A program made the translations under genes and the position numbers. Under the pieces are notes generated by a model. That model made no database searches. It was not told the DNA's origin and saw only the letters and a list, made by a program, of their open reading frames with translations. This document shows positions 47,711 through 59,111 of a stretch of 64,000 nucleotides of DNA, piece after piece (position 1 is the stretch's first letter; every line of letters starts with the position of its first letter). Origin of the DNA: Nannocystis bainbridge (GTDB taxonomy: Bacteria; Myxococcota_A; Polyangia; Nannocystales; Nannocystaceae); assembly GCF_028368995.1 (NCBI RefSeq), contig NZ_JAQNDL010000002.1:1088001-1152000 (forward strand), given 5' to 3'.

Positions 47711-49419
47711 CTTGGCAGGTATCACCCGAGGAGTGGCTGCTCGACTTCACGATCATTCCGCGCGGCCTCGCGCGCGGCAACGACTCGCTCGATGTGATCG
47801 ACGATCGCCTGCGGACCATGCTGACGCCCCCGGGTCCACCGGCGGGGATCATCATCCCGACGATCACCGCGCCCACGCGTCCCGCGAAGTCCGCCACGGG
47901 GCCGCTCCCCTCGGCCTCCGCGAAGCAGCCCACCGGCCCCAAACCCGTCGCTGCGCCGCTCTCGGAGCCTGCCGCGGGCAGCGGCCTCAGCATCGAGCTG
48001 CGGCCGGTCGGCCCGGCGGCGCCGAGCCCGACCCCGCCCGAGAAGGGTGCGAGCGTGGTCATCCCGTCGCTCACCCGGCCGGGAGGCGCGCTCGTCGACG
48101 ATGACGACGACGACGCGATGGCGCTCGAGCGCCTCGTGCCCGCCGGCGCCGAGCCCAGCCCGCGTGACGACGACGTCGATGACGTGATGTCGGCGGTGGC
48201 CTCCTCTGCGTCGCTCCTGCCAGTCGGCGCCGAGGCCGAGGCCGAGCCGGACGTGGACGAAGAGGATCCCGAGGAGGAGATCCAAGCGGCTGAGCCCGAC
48301 GCCGCCGAGGCTGAGGACGACGCCGAGATCGAGGACGACGAAGAGATCGAGGTCCAGGAAGAGGTCGTCGAGGCGCGACCCGCGCCCGTCGTCGAAAAGC
48401 CCGTGCCGCCCCCACGTCAGCTGACCGGCCCAGTCCCGGCCGCCGAAAAGCTGGGCCCGCCGCGCCCTCCCGCTGGGGCATCGCCAGCAGCGTCCGAAAA
48501 GTCGGGGCCGCCGCGGCCACCGCCGACGCCGGAAAAGGCCGGGCCGCCGCGACCGCCGCCGACCGCCGCCGAGAAGCCGGTCGCCCCGCCGCGCCCGCCG
48601 CCCGAAAAGGCGCCCCCGTCGAAGCCGACGTCGTCCACCGCGCCCCGCAGCGACGGCCGCAAGCGCCGCAACTGGCACGAAGAGGTCTTCGGCGACCACT
48701 ACGCCGCGATCTTGCCGGTCGACGCCGACGCCAGCGCCGAGATCGACGCCGCGTTCGTGCAGAAGTCGCTCGATCTGGCGAACGGCCAGACCCTCCTCGA
48801 CGTCGGCTGCGGCGACGGCCGCCACGCCACCGCTTTCGCCGCCCTGGGGCTCGATGTCACGGGCCTCGACAACTCGATGCCGCAGCTGCTGCGGGCGGCG
48901 CGGCGCAACGAGGCCAGCCGCTTCAACTTCGACATCCTGCACGGCGACATGCGTAACCTGCCGCGCGACCGCACGTACGACGCGGTCACCTGCCTGGGCA
49001 GCAGCTTCGGCTACTTCGAGAGCGACGAGCAGAACCGGCAGTGCCTACAGGACATGGTCGAAGTGCTCAAGCCGGGCGGCAAGCTCGCGCTGCAGCTCTT
49101 CAACCGCGACTACCTCATGGGGGTCCTGCCGTGTCGGTCGTGGTGGCAGGGCCGGGGCTGCCTGGTGCTCGACGTTGCAGACATGCAATTTTCCACCGGG
49201 CGCGTGCGGATCCACCGGACGGTCGTCTTCGAGGACGGCCGTCAGTTCGAGCACCACATCTCGATCCGCGCCTACTCCGCACACACGCTGGCGAAGATGC
49301 TGCCGACGATGGGGGCCCGCGTGATCGAGCTGTCGGGCAGTCGTGACACTCGCGGCCGCTTCTATGGCGGCGCCTCGCCCGAGATCTGGATCTTCGCCCA
49401 GCGTCGCGACGACGTCTGA
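47707..49419 (+). CDS. Class I SAM-dependent methyltransferase with long acidic/Pro-rich N-terminal region
   Basis: LLDVGCGDGRH, GDMRNL, YDAVTCLGSSFGYF, LKPGGK; ATGA overlap with psd. Confidence 0.85.
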   Translation: MTWQVSPEEWLLDFTIIPRGLARGNDSLDVIDDRLRTMLTPPGPPAGIIIPTITAPTRPAKSATGPLPSASAKQPTGPKPVAAPLSEPAAGSGLSIELRPVGPAAPSPTPPEKGASVVIPSLTRPGGALVDDDDDDAMALERLVPAGAEPSPRDDDVDDVMSAVASSASLLPVGAEAEAEPDVDEEDPEEEIQAAEPDAAEAEDDAEIEDDEEIEVQEEVVEARPAPVVEKPVPPPRQLTGPVPAAEKLGPPRPPAGASPAASEKSGPPRPPPTPEKAGPPRPPPTAAEKPVAPPRPPPEKAPPSKPTSSTAPRSDGRKRRNWHEEVFGDHYAAILPVDADASAEIDAAFVQKSLDLANGQTLLDVGCGDGRHATAFAALGLDVTGLDNSMPQLLRAARRNEASRFNFDILHGDMRNLPRDRTYDAVTCLGSSFGYFESDEQNRQCLQDMVEVLKPGGKLALQLFNRDYLMGVLPCRSWWQGRGCLVLDVADMQFSTGRVRIHRTVVFEDGRQFEHHISIRAYSAHTLAKMLPTMGARVIELSGSRDTRGRFYGGASPEIWIFAQRRDDV

Positions 49420-49908
49420 TCGCCGTCCGAACGTCGCGCAGGGCTAGCTTGCTCGCGCGACAGCGATGTCAGAGGGAATGACAGCGGTGTCTCGCGGGTT
49501 TCGAACCCGTGACCCCGCGTCGTGCCTGTGGAGGAAGATCACGAGCGCTGTGGCCGCGATGCCCTGGACGGGGCGGCGGTCCGTACCCAGTTTGGGTCAA
49601 GTCCGCGGAACGAGCCTCTGTTGCGTCGTCAAGGCTCTTGCGTGCGGTTCCATGTGAGACAAAGCGTCCGAGAAGCACCTACATCTGCGCAGGTCTACGG
49701 ACGCAGAGGGTGATGAAACTTCCACCTCGGACTTGCGTAGGACCTTGAAGCAGAAGGCCCCGAAACGGTGCCTAACAAGAGGTCCTCCAGTGATCCTGGC
49801 CGAGCCTGGCGACACTACCATCGCAGGCCCGAATCACGCGAAGCCGTTTCTATCCGCCGTACACGACTATTCCGCGCTTTCCGCGACGCGAATTCCCGCC
49901 CCTTGGCT

Positions 49909-49924
49909 TGGCCCGAAACTAGCA
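49909..49924 (+). promoter_or_regulatory. Putative sigma54 (-24/-12) promoter
   Basis: TGGCCCGAAACTAGCA has GG-N10-GC spacing, followed by GAGG SD at 49937 and ATG at 49947. Confidence 0.55.
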
Positions 49925-49946
49925 CCCCAACCGAACGAGGTCGATC

Positions 49947-51302
<1,356 letters not shown>

Positions 51303-51354
51303 AGCCCTGAGCCCTCGCGGCTCGCGCCGGCGCGCCTGGTGGTATGTTCCCACC

Positions 51355-51741
51355 ATGCGCGCCGGTCTTCGCTTTCTCGTCCTCACGTCCGTCGCCCTCG
51401 CGTGCGGCCGGGCGACCGAGATGCGCGTCGAGCCAGCGAACGGCGAGAGTGACGGCGGCCAGACGGTCCGCCTGGTCGGCTCCGATTTCCTCGGCCACGG
51501 CCCCGCGGTCGTCTACCTCGGGATGCGTTCGGCCCGCGCGGTGGTCCTCGAGGACGATCATCACATCTCGCTGAAGACGCCGGAGGCCGAAGGATTCGGC
51601 GCCGTCGATGTGCGAGTCGAGTTCGCCGACGGCACCTCACACACGCTGCCGCAGGCGTTCACGTACCGCCAAGTCGAGGGCAAGCCGCTGCGGCCGGTCC
51701 TCTTCAAGCCGGGCACCGCGCCCGTGCCGACCGCGAAGTGA
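51355..51741 (+). CDS. IPT/TIG domain lipoprotein
   Basis: Lipobox VALAC, VEPANG...GGQTVRLVGSDF, TPE...GAVDVRV...AFTY. Confidence 0.8.
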   Translation: MRAGLRFLVLTSVALACGRATEMRVEPANGESDGGQTVRLVGSDFLGHGPAVVYLGMRSARAVVLEDDHHISLKTPEAEGFGAVDVRVEFADGTSHTLPQAFTYRQVEGKPLRPVLFKPGTAPVPTAK

Positions 51742-51902
51742 GAGCTCGGCGCTGGCGAGCTCGTCCTCGTCAAGCCGGGTGCCGCGCCCGTGCCGACCGC
51801 AGTGTGAGAGCTCGGCGCTGGCGACGAGTGAGCTCGTCTCGGGCCCTCACGCGAGGACAAGGCGAGGGCAGGCCGCTGCGGCCGACCCTCTTCAAGCCGG
51901 GC
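51675..51902 (+). repeat. Diverged downstream copies of the IPT gene 3' end
   Basis: 51697-51758 is repeated at 51763-51824 (66-bp period); 51675-51714 is repeated at 51863-51902. Confidence 0.85.
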
Positions 51903-51909
51903 GCACTGC

Positions 51910-53001
51910 TCAGCTCTCGCGCACGTGGAACAGCTGCTGGCCGATGAGCAGCAGGCTGCCGAACGGGACGCACTGGCCGCTGCGCACGCGCAGGTAGGTG
52001 CCGTTGGACGAGCCGCGGTCCTCGAGGAACACGCCGTCGTCGTCGCCGCCGACCCGGCAGTGGGTGCTCGAGACGTAGCCGTCGGTCGGGAAGGTGAGGT
52101 CGCCTCGCTCGCGGCCGACGATGAACTCGTTGCCGACGATCGGCACGGCCTCGCACGCGCGACCACCATCGACGATGACGCTGATCCGACCCCAGTAGCC
52201 CGGATTGGGGCTGCCCATGCGCTCGGTGCCGTCGGCCAGCGCTTCGGCTTCGGGCAGGTCCTCGTAGTAAAGGAGCTCCTGGCCGACGCGGAAGGTGTCG
52301 CCGTGCTGCAGCTCGATGCGCCCCTCGATCTTGCGGTAGACACCGTTGACCGGGCTGAGATCGTCGACACGCACGCCATCGGCCTCGACCGAGAAGGCGC
52401 AGTGCTTGGGGTTGAGATAGAAGTCCTGATCGAACGGCGCGCCGGAGTCACGACCGAAGGGGATCGGGCCGTCCTCGAGGTCGATGGTGCCGCCGTCGCT
52501 GCCGTCCTCGCGCAGCAAGTGGAGGCACGCGCGCAGCTTGGGCTTCGACGACGACGCCGCGGCGGGCCGAGCCGTGACGGGCGGGGGCGTGACAGCCGCG
52601 GGCGGCGGTGTCGTGGGGGCGGCGTTCAGCCGGTTGCCGCAGCGCCCGCAGAACAAGAACCCCGGCGGATTGACCATGCCGCACGCGTTGCAACCGTTCG
52701 ACGCGGCCTCGACCGGCGCGCTGGCGGCGGGGCTCGGCGGGGTGACGGCGGGCGGAGCGGCGAGGGGCGGTGTAACGACGGGCGGCGGGGCCTTGGCGAT
52801 CGGCGGCTTCGGCGGATCGATCACGGTGCCGCTCGACGAAGTCGGCGACGCGACGGGCGGGGTGATCTGCGTGCCCGCAGGCGTATGATTCGAGCGCGGC
52901 GGCACCGACGCGGGCGCGCCTCCGGGCAGGCGCGCGCCACACCCGAGGCAGAACTTGTAGTGGTCCTGATTCTCCTTGCCGCAGTTCGGACAGATGATCA
53001 C
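51910..53001 (-). CDS. Zinc-ribbon plus tandem FHA domain protein
   Basis: CPNCG...FCLGCG, CNACG...FCGRCG, FHA motifs FGR...H...NGVY and VGR...VSSTH...SSNGTY. Confidence 0.85.
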   Translation of the reverse strand: MIICPNCGKENQDHYKFCLGCGARLPGGAPASVPPRSNHTPAGTQITPPVASPTSSSGTVIDPPKPPIAKAPPPVVTPPLAAPPAVTPPSPAASAPVEAASNGCNACGMVNPPGFLFCGRCGNRLNAAPTTPPPAAVTPPPVTARPAAASSSKPKLRACLHLLREDGSDGGTIDLEDGPIPFGRDSGAPFDQDFYLNPKHCAFSVEADGVRVDDLSPVNGVYRKIEGRIELQHGDTFRVGQELLYYEDLPEAEALADGTERMGSPNPGYWGRISVIVDGGRACEAVPIVGNEFIVGRERGDLTFPTDGYVSSTHCRVGGDDDGVFLEDRGSSNGTYLRVRSGQCVPFGSLLLIGQQLFHVRES

Positions 53002-53052
53002 AACAGAGGCCCCTTCTTCAGGCCGCGACGGGCCGTGAAGCGAAGTGTTCGC

Positions 53053-54081
53053 TTACGAGATCTCGACGCGCAGCAGCTGCTGGCCGATGAAGATGTAGTC
53101 GCCGTGGAACAGCTCGACGGCGCCCTTGATCCGCACGAAGGTGCCGTTGCGCGAGCCGGTGTCGGTCAAGATGATGTGGTGCGAGTCGGACGCCGAATCG
53201 AGGCGCGCGTGGCGGCCCGAGATGAAGCGGTCCTGCGGGAAGTTCATGTGGTTGGCTTCGCGCCCGAGCGTCAGCGTGGTGGCCTGGGCCGAGACGATGC
53301 GACCCTCGCCGCCGCCCGCGAGCAGCTGGACGACGCGGAAGCGCGCGTCGGGCCGCGGGCTGGTGTAGCTGTAGGTGTGGTTGGCGTCGGGGCCGGGCTC
53401 GTTGAAGGGCGCGCTGTCGAGGCGGAGTAGCTGCTCGCCGACGAGGAAGCAGTCGCCGTGATCGAGCGGCACCGGCGACTTGATCCGCACGAACACGCCG
53501 TTGATGCTGCCGAGATCCTTGGCGAACAGGCGGTTGCCCTGGACGCTGAAGAGGGCGTGCTCGGGGCTGAGGAAGAAATCCTCGTTGAAGCGGATTTCGC
53601 CGGTGCTGCGACCTACGACATGGTTGGTGGCGCTGAGGTGATAGGTGACGCCGTCGCCGCCTTCACCCTTGATGACCACCAGCCGCGGCACGACGTGCTG
53701 CTGCTGCAGAGCGCCGAAGAACATGGTCTTGGCGGCGGGCTTGCCCTGCGACGCCTCGAGCGGGGCGCCGGTGACGGCGTTGAAGCGCGGCTGGGCGGCA
53801 GGGGGCGCGGCGGTGACCGGCTGAACGCTGGAGATCACCGTGGAGGGCGGCTTCACCGGGCTGCTCTGCGACGTCGCGGCCGGGGAGGGCAGCGGGACGG
53901 TGGCCGGCGAGGACGCGGCCGCGTTCGCCTGGGTGATCGGACGCGCAGCCGCGCCGAGACCCAGCAGCACCGCCGACGGCGGGATCGGTTGCGGCGCGAG
54001 GACGCCAGCGCACCGGTCGCAGACTACGGCGCGCAACTGGTTGAGGTGGCCACACACCGAACAGGCAAGGCCCAGTTCCAT
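53053..54081 (-). CDS. Zinc-ribbon plus tandem FHA domain protein
   Basis: CSVCG...CDRC, FHA motifs VGR...LSPEH...SINGVF and LGR...ISGRH...SRNGTF; start ATG 54081. Confidence 0.85.
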   Translation of the reverse strand: MELGLACSVCGHLNQLRAVVCDRCAGVLAPQPIPPSAVLLGLGAAARPITQANAAASSPATVPLPSPAATSQSSPVKPPSTVISSVQPVTAAPPAAQPRFNAVTGAPLEASQGKPAAKTMFFGALQQQHVVPRLVVIKGEGGDGVTYHLSATNHVVGRSTGEIRFNEDFFLSPEHALFSVQGNRLFAKDLGSINGVFVRIKSPVPLDHGDCFLVGEQLLRLDSAPFNEPGPDANHTYSYTSPRPDARFRVVQLLAGGGEGRIVSAQATTLTLGREANHMNFPQDRFISGRHARLDSASDSHHIILTDTGSRNGTFVRIKGAVELFHGDYIFIGQQLLRVEIS

Positions 54082-54116
54082 GACCCGGGGATCCTCATCC
54101 GCGCGTGGCCTCGTTG

Positions 54117-57100
54117 TCAACGCGAGTCGGCCGCGCGAGGCGCCGGCACCGGCTCGCGGATCAGGGGGCGCAGGTCGAGGCATTCGCGCTCGCCGCTGGC
54201 GGCGCACGGGCGGCGCAGGCGGTCCTGGGACCACGCCTCGGCGCGCGTGCCCGCAGCCGCGGCCGCGAGCGCCTGCTGCAGCGCAGCGGTATGGGGCCTC
54301 AGGACCGAGGCGGGCAGGGCCTCGATCGGCGGCGCGATCGCCTGGGCGAGCCAGCGATCGATGGCGATCTCCCAGCTCCCGGCGCGTAATGGCGGAAGCG
54401 GCGGCAGCTCGACGCGCGCGGACGACGGGGCCAGCAAACGCCCGAGCGCGGCGCCGGCGGCGTCCCGCGGCAATCCGCGCGGACCGACGTAGCGCCCGAG
54501 CAGGGTGGCGATCGCGTCGTCGCGCGCGGCCTCGCGACGGAGCTGTCCGAAGCGCCAGGCCGCGATCGCGGCGACCACGGGATCGCTGGCGTTCAGGTCG
54601 GCGCCGACGCGCGCGAGCTGGTCGTCGCCGGTCAGGGCCGCGCGGGCGAACGCGCAGACCCGTCGCGCCTGCTGGCTGCTTGCGGCGGCCGCCAGACGGG
54701 CGACGCGGTCGCGGTCGGCGAGGTCGCCTCCGCGCGCCAGCGAGGCGCAGGCGAGCGCGATCATCAATCCCTCGTGCTCCGGCGCGGCGAAGCGACGCAG
54801 CTCGGTGGCGGCCGCGGGGGCGCTGCTGCGGGCCAGGGCCCAGGCGGCGGCGTACCAGCTCTCGCGCGAGGCGTCGCCGGTGCGCAGCAGGTCGGCGAAC
54901 ACCGATACGGCCTCGGGCTCGTCGAGGGCGCCCGCGGCCTGAATGGCGGCCGCGCGGGCCTGTTCGAACGCCGTGCGGACGGTGCGGGTGGCGTCGCGTG
55001 GCGGGGTCAGCTGCGCGCCCATGCGCGCGAGCGGCAGCGCGGTCTGGGGCAGGGCGAGGCGGCCGAGGTGCTCGGCGGCGCGGAGGCGACCGGTGACCGG
55101 GCCGCGCGCGAGCGCCTCGACCAGCGAGCGCCGCAGCGCGCCGGTCCGCGCGGTCCGCTCGGGCTCGTCGCCGCTGGCGAGCCACGTCTTGATCGCGGAG
55201 GTACTGGCCCGATCGAGGGCGTCGAGCAGCAGCGCGCGGCCCTCGTCGGCGCTTGGATCGCGCCGCGCCCGGGCGAGCGCGAGATCGAGGATCGGCGCGA
55301 TCGCGCCGCGCGTCTCCGCGAGGTCGAGGGCGCGTCGCCCGGCCTGCTCGACGACCTCGGGCGCGCCGCCCTGCTCCACGATCGCGCGCAGCATCGCCTC
55401 GGCGCGCTCGGGCCTGCCGCGCGCGAGCTCGAGCTCCGCCAGTCGCAGGCGCGCCGGGGCGTTGGACGGATCGCGCTGCAGCAACCCCTCGTAGAGCTTG
55501 GAGGCCTGCTCGGGCTCGCCGCGGCGCTCGTAGAGCTCGCCGATACGGATCAGCACCCGGGCGCTGTCGGCCTTGTCGAGCTCGACATGCGCGGCGGCCA
55601 GCAGCACGCGCTCGATGTCCCCCGACTCGAAGGCCACCTCGGCGAGCTCGGCCAGGACGTCGGCGCTGCGCTTGGGGTCGAGCGTCATCATCCGCTCGAG
55701 CGCGTCCATCGCCGCATCGCCGCGGCCGGCGCGACGCAGGGCCAGGGCCAGCTCGGCGAGCCGCTCCGGATCCTGAGCCCGCAGGCGCACCAGCTTCTCG
55801 TGCACCGCGACCGCCTTGGCGTACTTCTCCTCGCGTGTGTAGATCTCGGCCAGCAGCAGACCTGCCTCGAAGGCCAGGTCGGTGTCCTTGCCGTCGAGGT
55901 CGAGCAGGGCCTGCTTCTCGATCGCCTGGCGACGGCTGGTGAACTGCGACAGCGTGCCGCCGACCAGGATGTCGACGATCCGCGTGCGCGCCTCGTCGTG
56001 GAGGATCCGGTGCTCGGGCGCGCGGGTCAGCTCGAACACTTGCTGCCAGGTGGTGAGCGCCTGGTGGGGCAGGCGATCGTCGGTCTCGAGGATCGCGCGC
56101 AGGCGCAGGTACTTGGGATCGCGCGGCGCGGCGGCCAGGGCCTTCTGCAGCGACAACACGGCCTCGGGCCGGCGGTGCTCGGCGAGGATCTCGGCGTGGC
56201 GGGCCCAGCCGGCGTGCCCCGGACGCACGAGCCCCGGCAGCAGCGCCCACTCCTTCATGGCTTCGGGCTCGCGGTTCATCTGGAACAGCTGCTCACCGAG
56301 AGCCACGCGCGCGTCGGGGTCGCGCGGTCGGGCGCGGACCAGCCGCTGCGCCACCGCGAGCGCGCGATCGGGTTCGTCCTGCAAATTGTAGAAGTCGAGC
56401 AGCCGCAGCAGCGCGTCGCCCTGGGTGCTGGCGGCGGCCTCGAGCTCGGCGGCGACCTTGAGCCCTTGCTCGCGCTTGCCGGTGCCGATGAGCCGCGCCG
56501 CCAGCTCGAGCCCCAGCTGCAGGCGCTCGGGGCTCTTGGGCCCGAGCTTGGCGAACTCGGCCAGCGCCGCCTCGGCCTCGCCACCTGACTCGAGGGACAT
56601 GACCAAAGCAGCACGTGCTTCCGGGTCGTCGGGATCGGCCGCGAGCGCGCGGCGCCAGGCGTCGACCGGATCGGCCCCGCCCGCCGCCTGTGCGCGGGCC
56701 AGGGCGCGCCAGCCGGCGCCGTCGCGGGCCTGCTCGGCGCGGCCGAGGAACCGCTCGATCCGCGCCGGCGCATCGCCGCTGGCCTGACGCGCACCTGCCT
56801 CCAAGACCAGGTCCCACGCCGACGCACGCTCGGGGCTGCCGACCCGCGTCGCCTCCACCTGCGCCCACGCGAGCTCGCTCGCCCCCGCGGCGTCACCGTT
56901 CGACAGCCGCGTGCGGGCCCACTCCTCGCGCGCGCTCAGTTGATCGGCGCCGCGGAGGCCCGCCACCGCCTTGGCGTAGGCGGCCTCGGCGGGCGCGGAT
57001 TGACCGGCGCGGGCGGCCGCGCGGGCGAGTCGGAGCTGGGCCGCGCCGTTGCTCGGATCGCGGGCCAGCGCCTGGGCCAGCCGCAGCGCCTCGGGTCCGA

Positions 57101-57659
57101 GGCCGTTGCGATCGGCGATGTCGAGCGCTTGCAGGCGCAGCGCGTCGTCATTGTTCGCCTGGGCCGCGGCCTCGAGCGCGGTCACGGCTCCGCGGGCGTC
57201 GCCGGCGGCTTGCAGCGCCTCGACGCGCAGCTTGAACACGCGGGCGCGCAGGCTGCCGGCTCGTGGTTCGACCTCGACGAGGCGGGCCGCAGCGCCGCGC
57301 GGATCGCCGAGGCCGAGCTTGGCCCGCGCGTCGAGGATCCCCAGGGACAGGTCACCTGGCGTTCGGGACAGCCCGGCCTCGATGCGTTTGGCCAGGCCGG
57401 CCTTGCCGAGCACCGCTTCGAGCGCGCGCCACTGGGCCTGATCGAACGGCTGTTTGCGCAGCTTGTCGAACCGCTGCTGCACCAGCGCGGGGTCGGCGGC
57501 GCTGCGCTCGACGCTCCAGTCGTCCTCCGCGGGGGCTGCCTGAGCCGATGGCGCAGCGAACAGGGCGAGAGCGAGCGGGATCCATCCGTAAAGCGCGTGA
57601 GCCCCAGCACGCGGACGAGCCGTTCGCGAGCGCGGCGCGAGGCGAGGCCGGAGGACCAT
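54117..57659 (-). CDS. Large exported TPR + HEAT repeat protein
   Basis: Signal-like LALALFAAPSAQA, many TPR-like helical repeats (PDDPEARAAL, PRDPDARVALGE, PSNAPARLRLAEL) and a HEAT-like C-terminal region. Confidence 0.75.
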   Translation of the reverse strand: MVLRPRLAPRSRTARPRAGAHALYGWIPLALALFAAPSAQAAPAEDDWSVERSAADPALVQQRFDKLRKQPFDQAQWRALEAVLGKAGLAKRIEAGLSRTPGDLSLGILDARAKLGLGDPRGAAARLVEVEPRAGSLRARVFKLRVEALQAAGDARGAVTALEAAAQANNDDALRLQALDIADRNGLGPEALRLAQALARDPSNGAAQLRLARAAARAGQSAPAEAAYAKAVAGLRGADQLSAREEWARTRLSNGDAAGASELAWAQVEATRVGSPERASAWDLVLEAGARQASGDAPARIERFLGRAEQARDGAGWRALARAQAAGGADPVDAWRRALAADPDDPEARAALVMSLESGGEAEAALAEFAKLGPKSPERLQLGLELAARLIGTGKREQGLKVAAELEAAASTQGDALLRLLDFYNLQDEPDRALAVAQRLVRARPRDPDARVALGEQLFQMNREPEAMKEWALLPGLVRPGHAGWARHAEILAEHRRPEAVLSLQKALAAAPRDPKYLRLRAILETDDRLPHQALTTWQQVFELTRAPEHRILHDEARTRIVDILVGGTLSQFTSRRQAIEKQALLDLDGKDTDLAFEAGLLLAEIYTREEKYAKAVAVHEKLVRLRAQDPERLAELALALRRAGRGDAAMDALERMMTLDPKRSADVLAELAEVAFESGDIERVLLAAAHVELDKADSARVLIRIGELYERRGEPEQASKLYEGLLQRDPSNAPARLRLAELELARGRPERAEAMLRAIVEQGGAPEVVEQAGRRALDLAETRGAIAPILDLALARARRDPSADEGRALLLDALDRASTSAIKTWLASGDEPERTARTGALRRSLVEALARGPVTGRLRAAEHLGRLALPQTALPLARMGAQLTPPRDATRTVRTAFEQARAAAIQAAGALDEPEAVSVFADLLRTGDASRESWYAAAWALARSSAPAAATELRRFAAPEHEGLMIALACASLARGGDLADRDRVARLAAAASSQQARRVCAFARAALTGDDQLARVGADLNASDPVVAAIAAWRFGQLRREAARDDAIATLLGRYVGPRGLPRDAAGAALGRLLAPSSARVELPPLPPLRAGSWEIAIDRWLAQAIAPPIEALPASVLRPHTAALQQALAAAAAGTRAEAWSQDRLRRPCAASGERECLDLRPLIREPVPAPRAADSR

Positions 57660-57849
57660 TGCAGCGAGCCTAGCAGGTTTGCCGGCGGCGTCGCGGGCGA
57701 ACCCGGCCGAGCTCCCGCGCACGGCGAGACGGGCGCATCGACGTGCGACGCGCGGCGCGGCGGACCGGACCGGTCGGGCGCGAACGGGCGCGCGCCGGGT
57801 GGGTCTTGACCACAATTTCGTGCACCCTACATTCGCCCGAACCACGGTC

Positions 57850-58161
57850 ATGCCGATCTACGCCTATCGTTGTCTGCAATGCGAAGCCGAGCCCGAGTTC
57901 ATCCAGAAGATGAGCGAGGACCCGATCACCGTGTGCGAGGCCTGCGGTGGCCAACTGGTCCGCAAGGTGACCTCCGCGTCGTTCCACCTCAAGGGCGGCG
58001 GCTGGTACAAGGACGGCTACGCCAGCACCAAGCCGGGTGACGGCGGCGACAGCAAGAGCAGCGAGTCGAGCTCGACGCCCGCCACCGACACGGCCAGCAA
58101 GTCCGAGACACCCGCCAGCAAGCCGGCCGAGTCGACGAGCGCGAAGGCGGCCACGTCATGA
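57850..58161 (+). CDS. FmdB-family zinc ribbon protein
   Basis: [11 protein letters not shown]...CEACGG...[13 protein letters not shown] with a Ser/Thr tail. Confidence 0.9.
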   Translation: MPIYAYRCLQCEAEPEFIQKMSEDPITVCEACGGQLVRKVTSASFHLKGGGWYKDGYASTKPGDGGDSKSSESSSTPATDTASKSETPASKPAESTSAKAATS

Positions 58162-59015
58162 GCGCGCGCCGGCTCGACGGCAAGGCGCGGGCGGCCCGGC
58201 TGCTCGGCGAGGTCGAGCAGCGGGTGCGTGCGTGCAGCGAGCGCGGCGTCCGGCCGTGCCTGGCCGTCGTGCTGGTCGGCGACGATCCCGCGTCGCAGGT
58301 CTACGTCCGCAGCAAGGAGAAGCGGGCCGCCGAGATCGGCATCGAGGCCCGCGATCATCGCCTGCCGGCGAGCACGACCACCGACGAGCTGCTCGCGCTG
58401 GTCGCGGCCCTCAACGCCGAGAGCGCCGTCGACGGGATCCTGATCCAGCTGCCGCTGCCGCCCCAGTGCGACGCGCAGCGGATCTTGCTCGCGGTCGACC
58501 CGGCCAAGGACGTCGACGGCTTCCACCCCGACAACCTCGGGCGCCTCATGCTCGGCCAGCCGCGCTTCGTCGCCTGCACTCCGCAAGGCTGCATGTTGCT
58601 GCTCGAAGACTCGGGCGTCTCGCTCGCAGGGGCGCGCGCGCTGGTGATCGGCCGCTCGACGATCGTCGGCAAGCCGATGGCGCAGCTGCTGGTCCACGCC
58701 GACGCGACGGTGACGGTCGCCCACTCGCGCACGCGCGACCTGGCGGCCGAGGTGGCCCGCGCCGACATCGTGGTCGCGGCGATCGGCCGCCCCGAGTTCG
58801 TCCGCGGCGAGTGGATCAAGCCCGGCGCGGTCGTGATCGACGTCGGCATGAACCGCCTGGCCGACGGCCGCCTGGTGGGCGACGTCGAGTTCGCGGCCGC
58901 CGAGGCGCGCGCGTCGGCGATCACGCCGGTGCCCGGCGGCGTGGGCCCGATGACGATCGCGTGCCTGCTCCACAACGTGGTGCTGGCGGCCGAGCGCCGG
59001 GCCGGCCTGGTCTGA
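58158..59015 (+). CDS. folD: Bifunctional methylene-THF dehydrogenase/cyclohydrolase
   Basis: [58 protein letters not shown]. Confidence 0.96.
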   Translation: MSARRLDGKARAARLLGEVEQRVRACSERGVRPCLAVVLVGDDPASQVYVRSKEKRAAEIGIEARDHRLPASTTTDELLALVAALNAESAVDGILIQLPLPPQCDAQRILLAVDPAKDVDGFHPDNLGRLMLGQPRFVACTPQGCMLLLEDSGVSLAGARALVIGRSTIVGKPMAQLLVHADATVTVAHSRTRDLAAEVARADIVVAAIGRPEFVRGEWIKPGAVVIDVGMNRLADGRLVGDVEFAAAEARASAITPVPGGVGPMTIACLLHNVVLAAERRAGLV

Positions 59016-59106
59016 CAGGGCGTGGCCTTGGGAGCATGTTCATCGGAACATGCTCCGAGGGCCATGTGCCCATGAGCATGTCCTGGAGGACATGCTCCCA
59101 CGGACA
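59009..59106. repeat. 14-bp palindromic unit array (6-7 units) filling the folD-parB convergent spacer
   Basis: GGTCTGACAGGGCG|TGGCCTTGGGAGCA|TGTTCATCGGAACA|TGCTCCGAGGGCCA|TGTGCCCATGAGCA|TGTCCTGGAGGACA|TGCTCCCACGGACA. Confidence 0.95.
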
Positions 59107-59111
59107 GGCGC

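Noticed and set aside
51675-51902. Diversity-generating retroelement template/variable repeat pair
   Set aside because: Mismatches are not adenine-specific, the repeats are short, and no reverse transcriptase is present in the window.
51918-51933. CACGTGGAACA as parS
   Set aside because: Only one half matches; the other arm is not palindromic, and it lies within the FHA gene 3' end.
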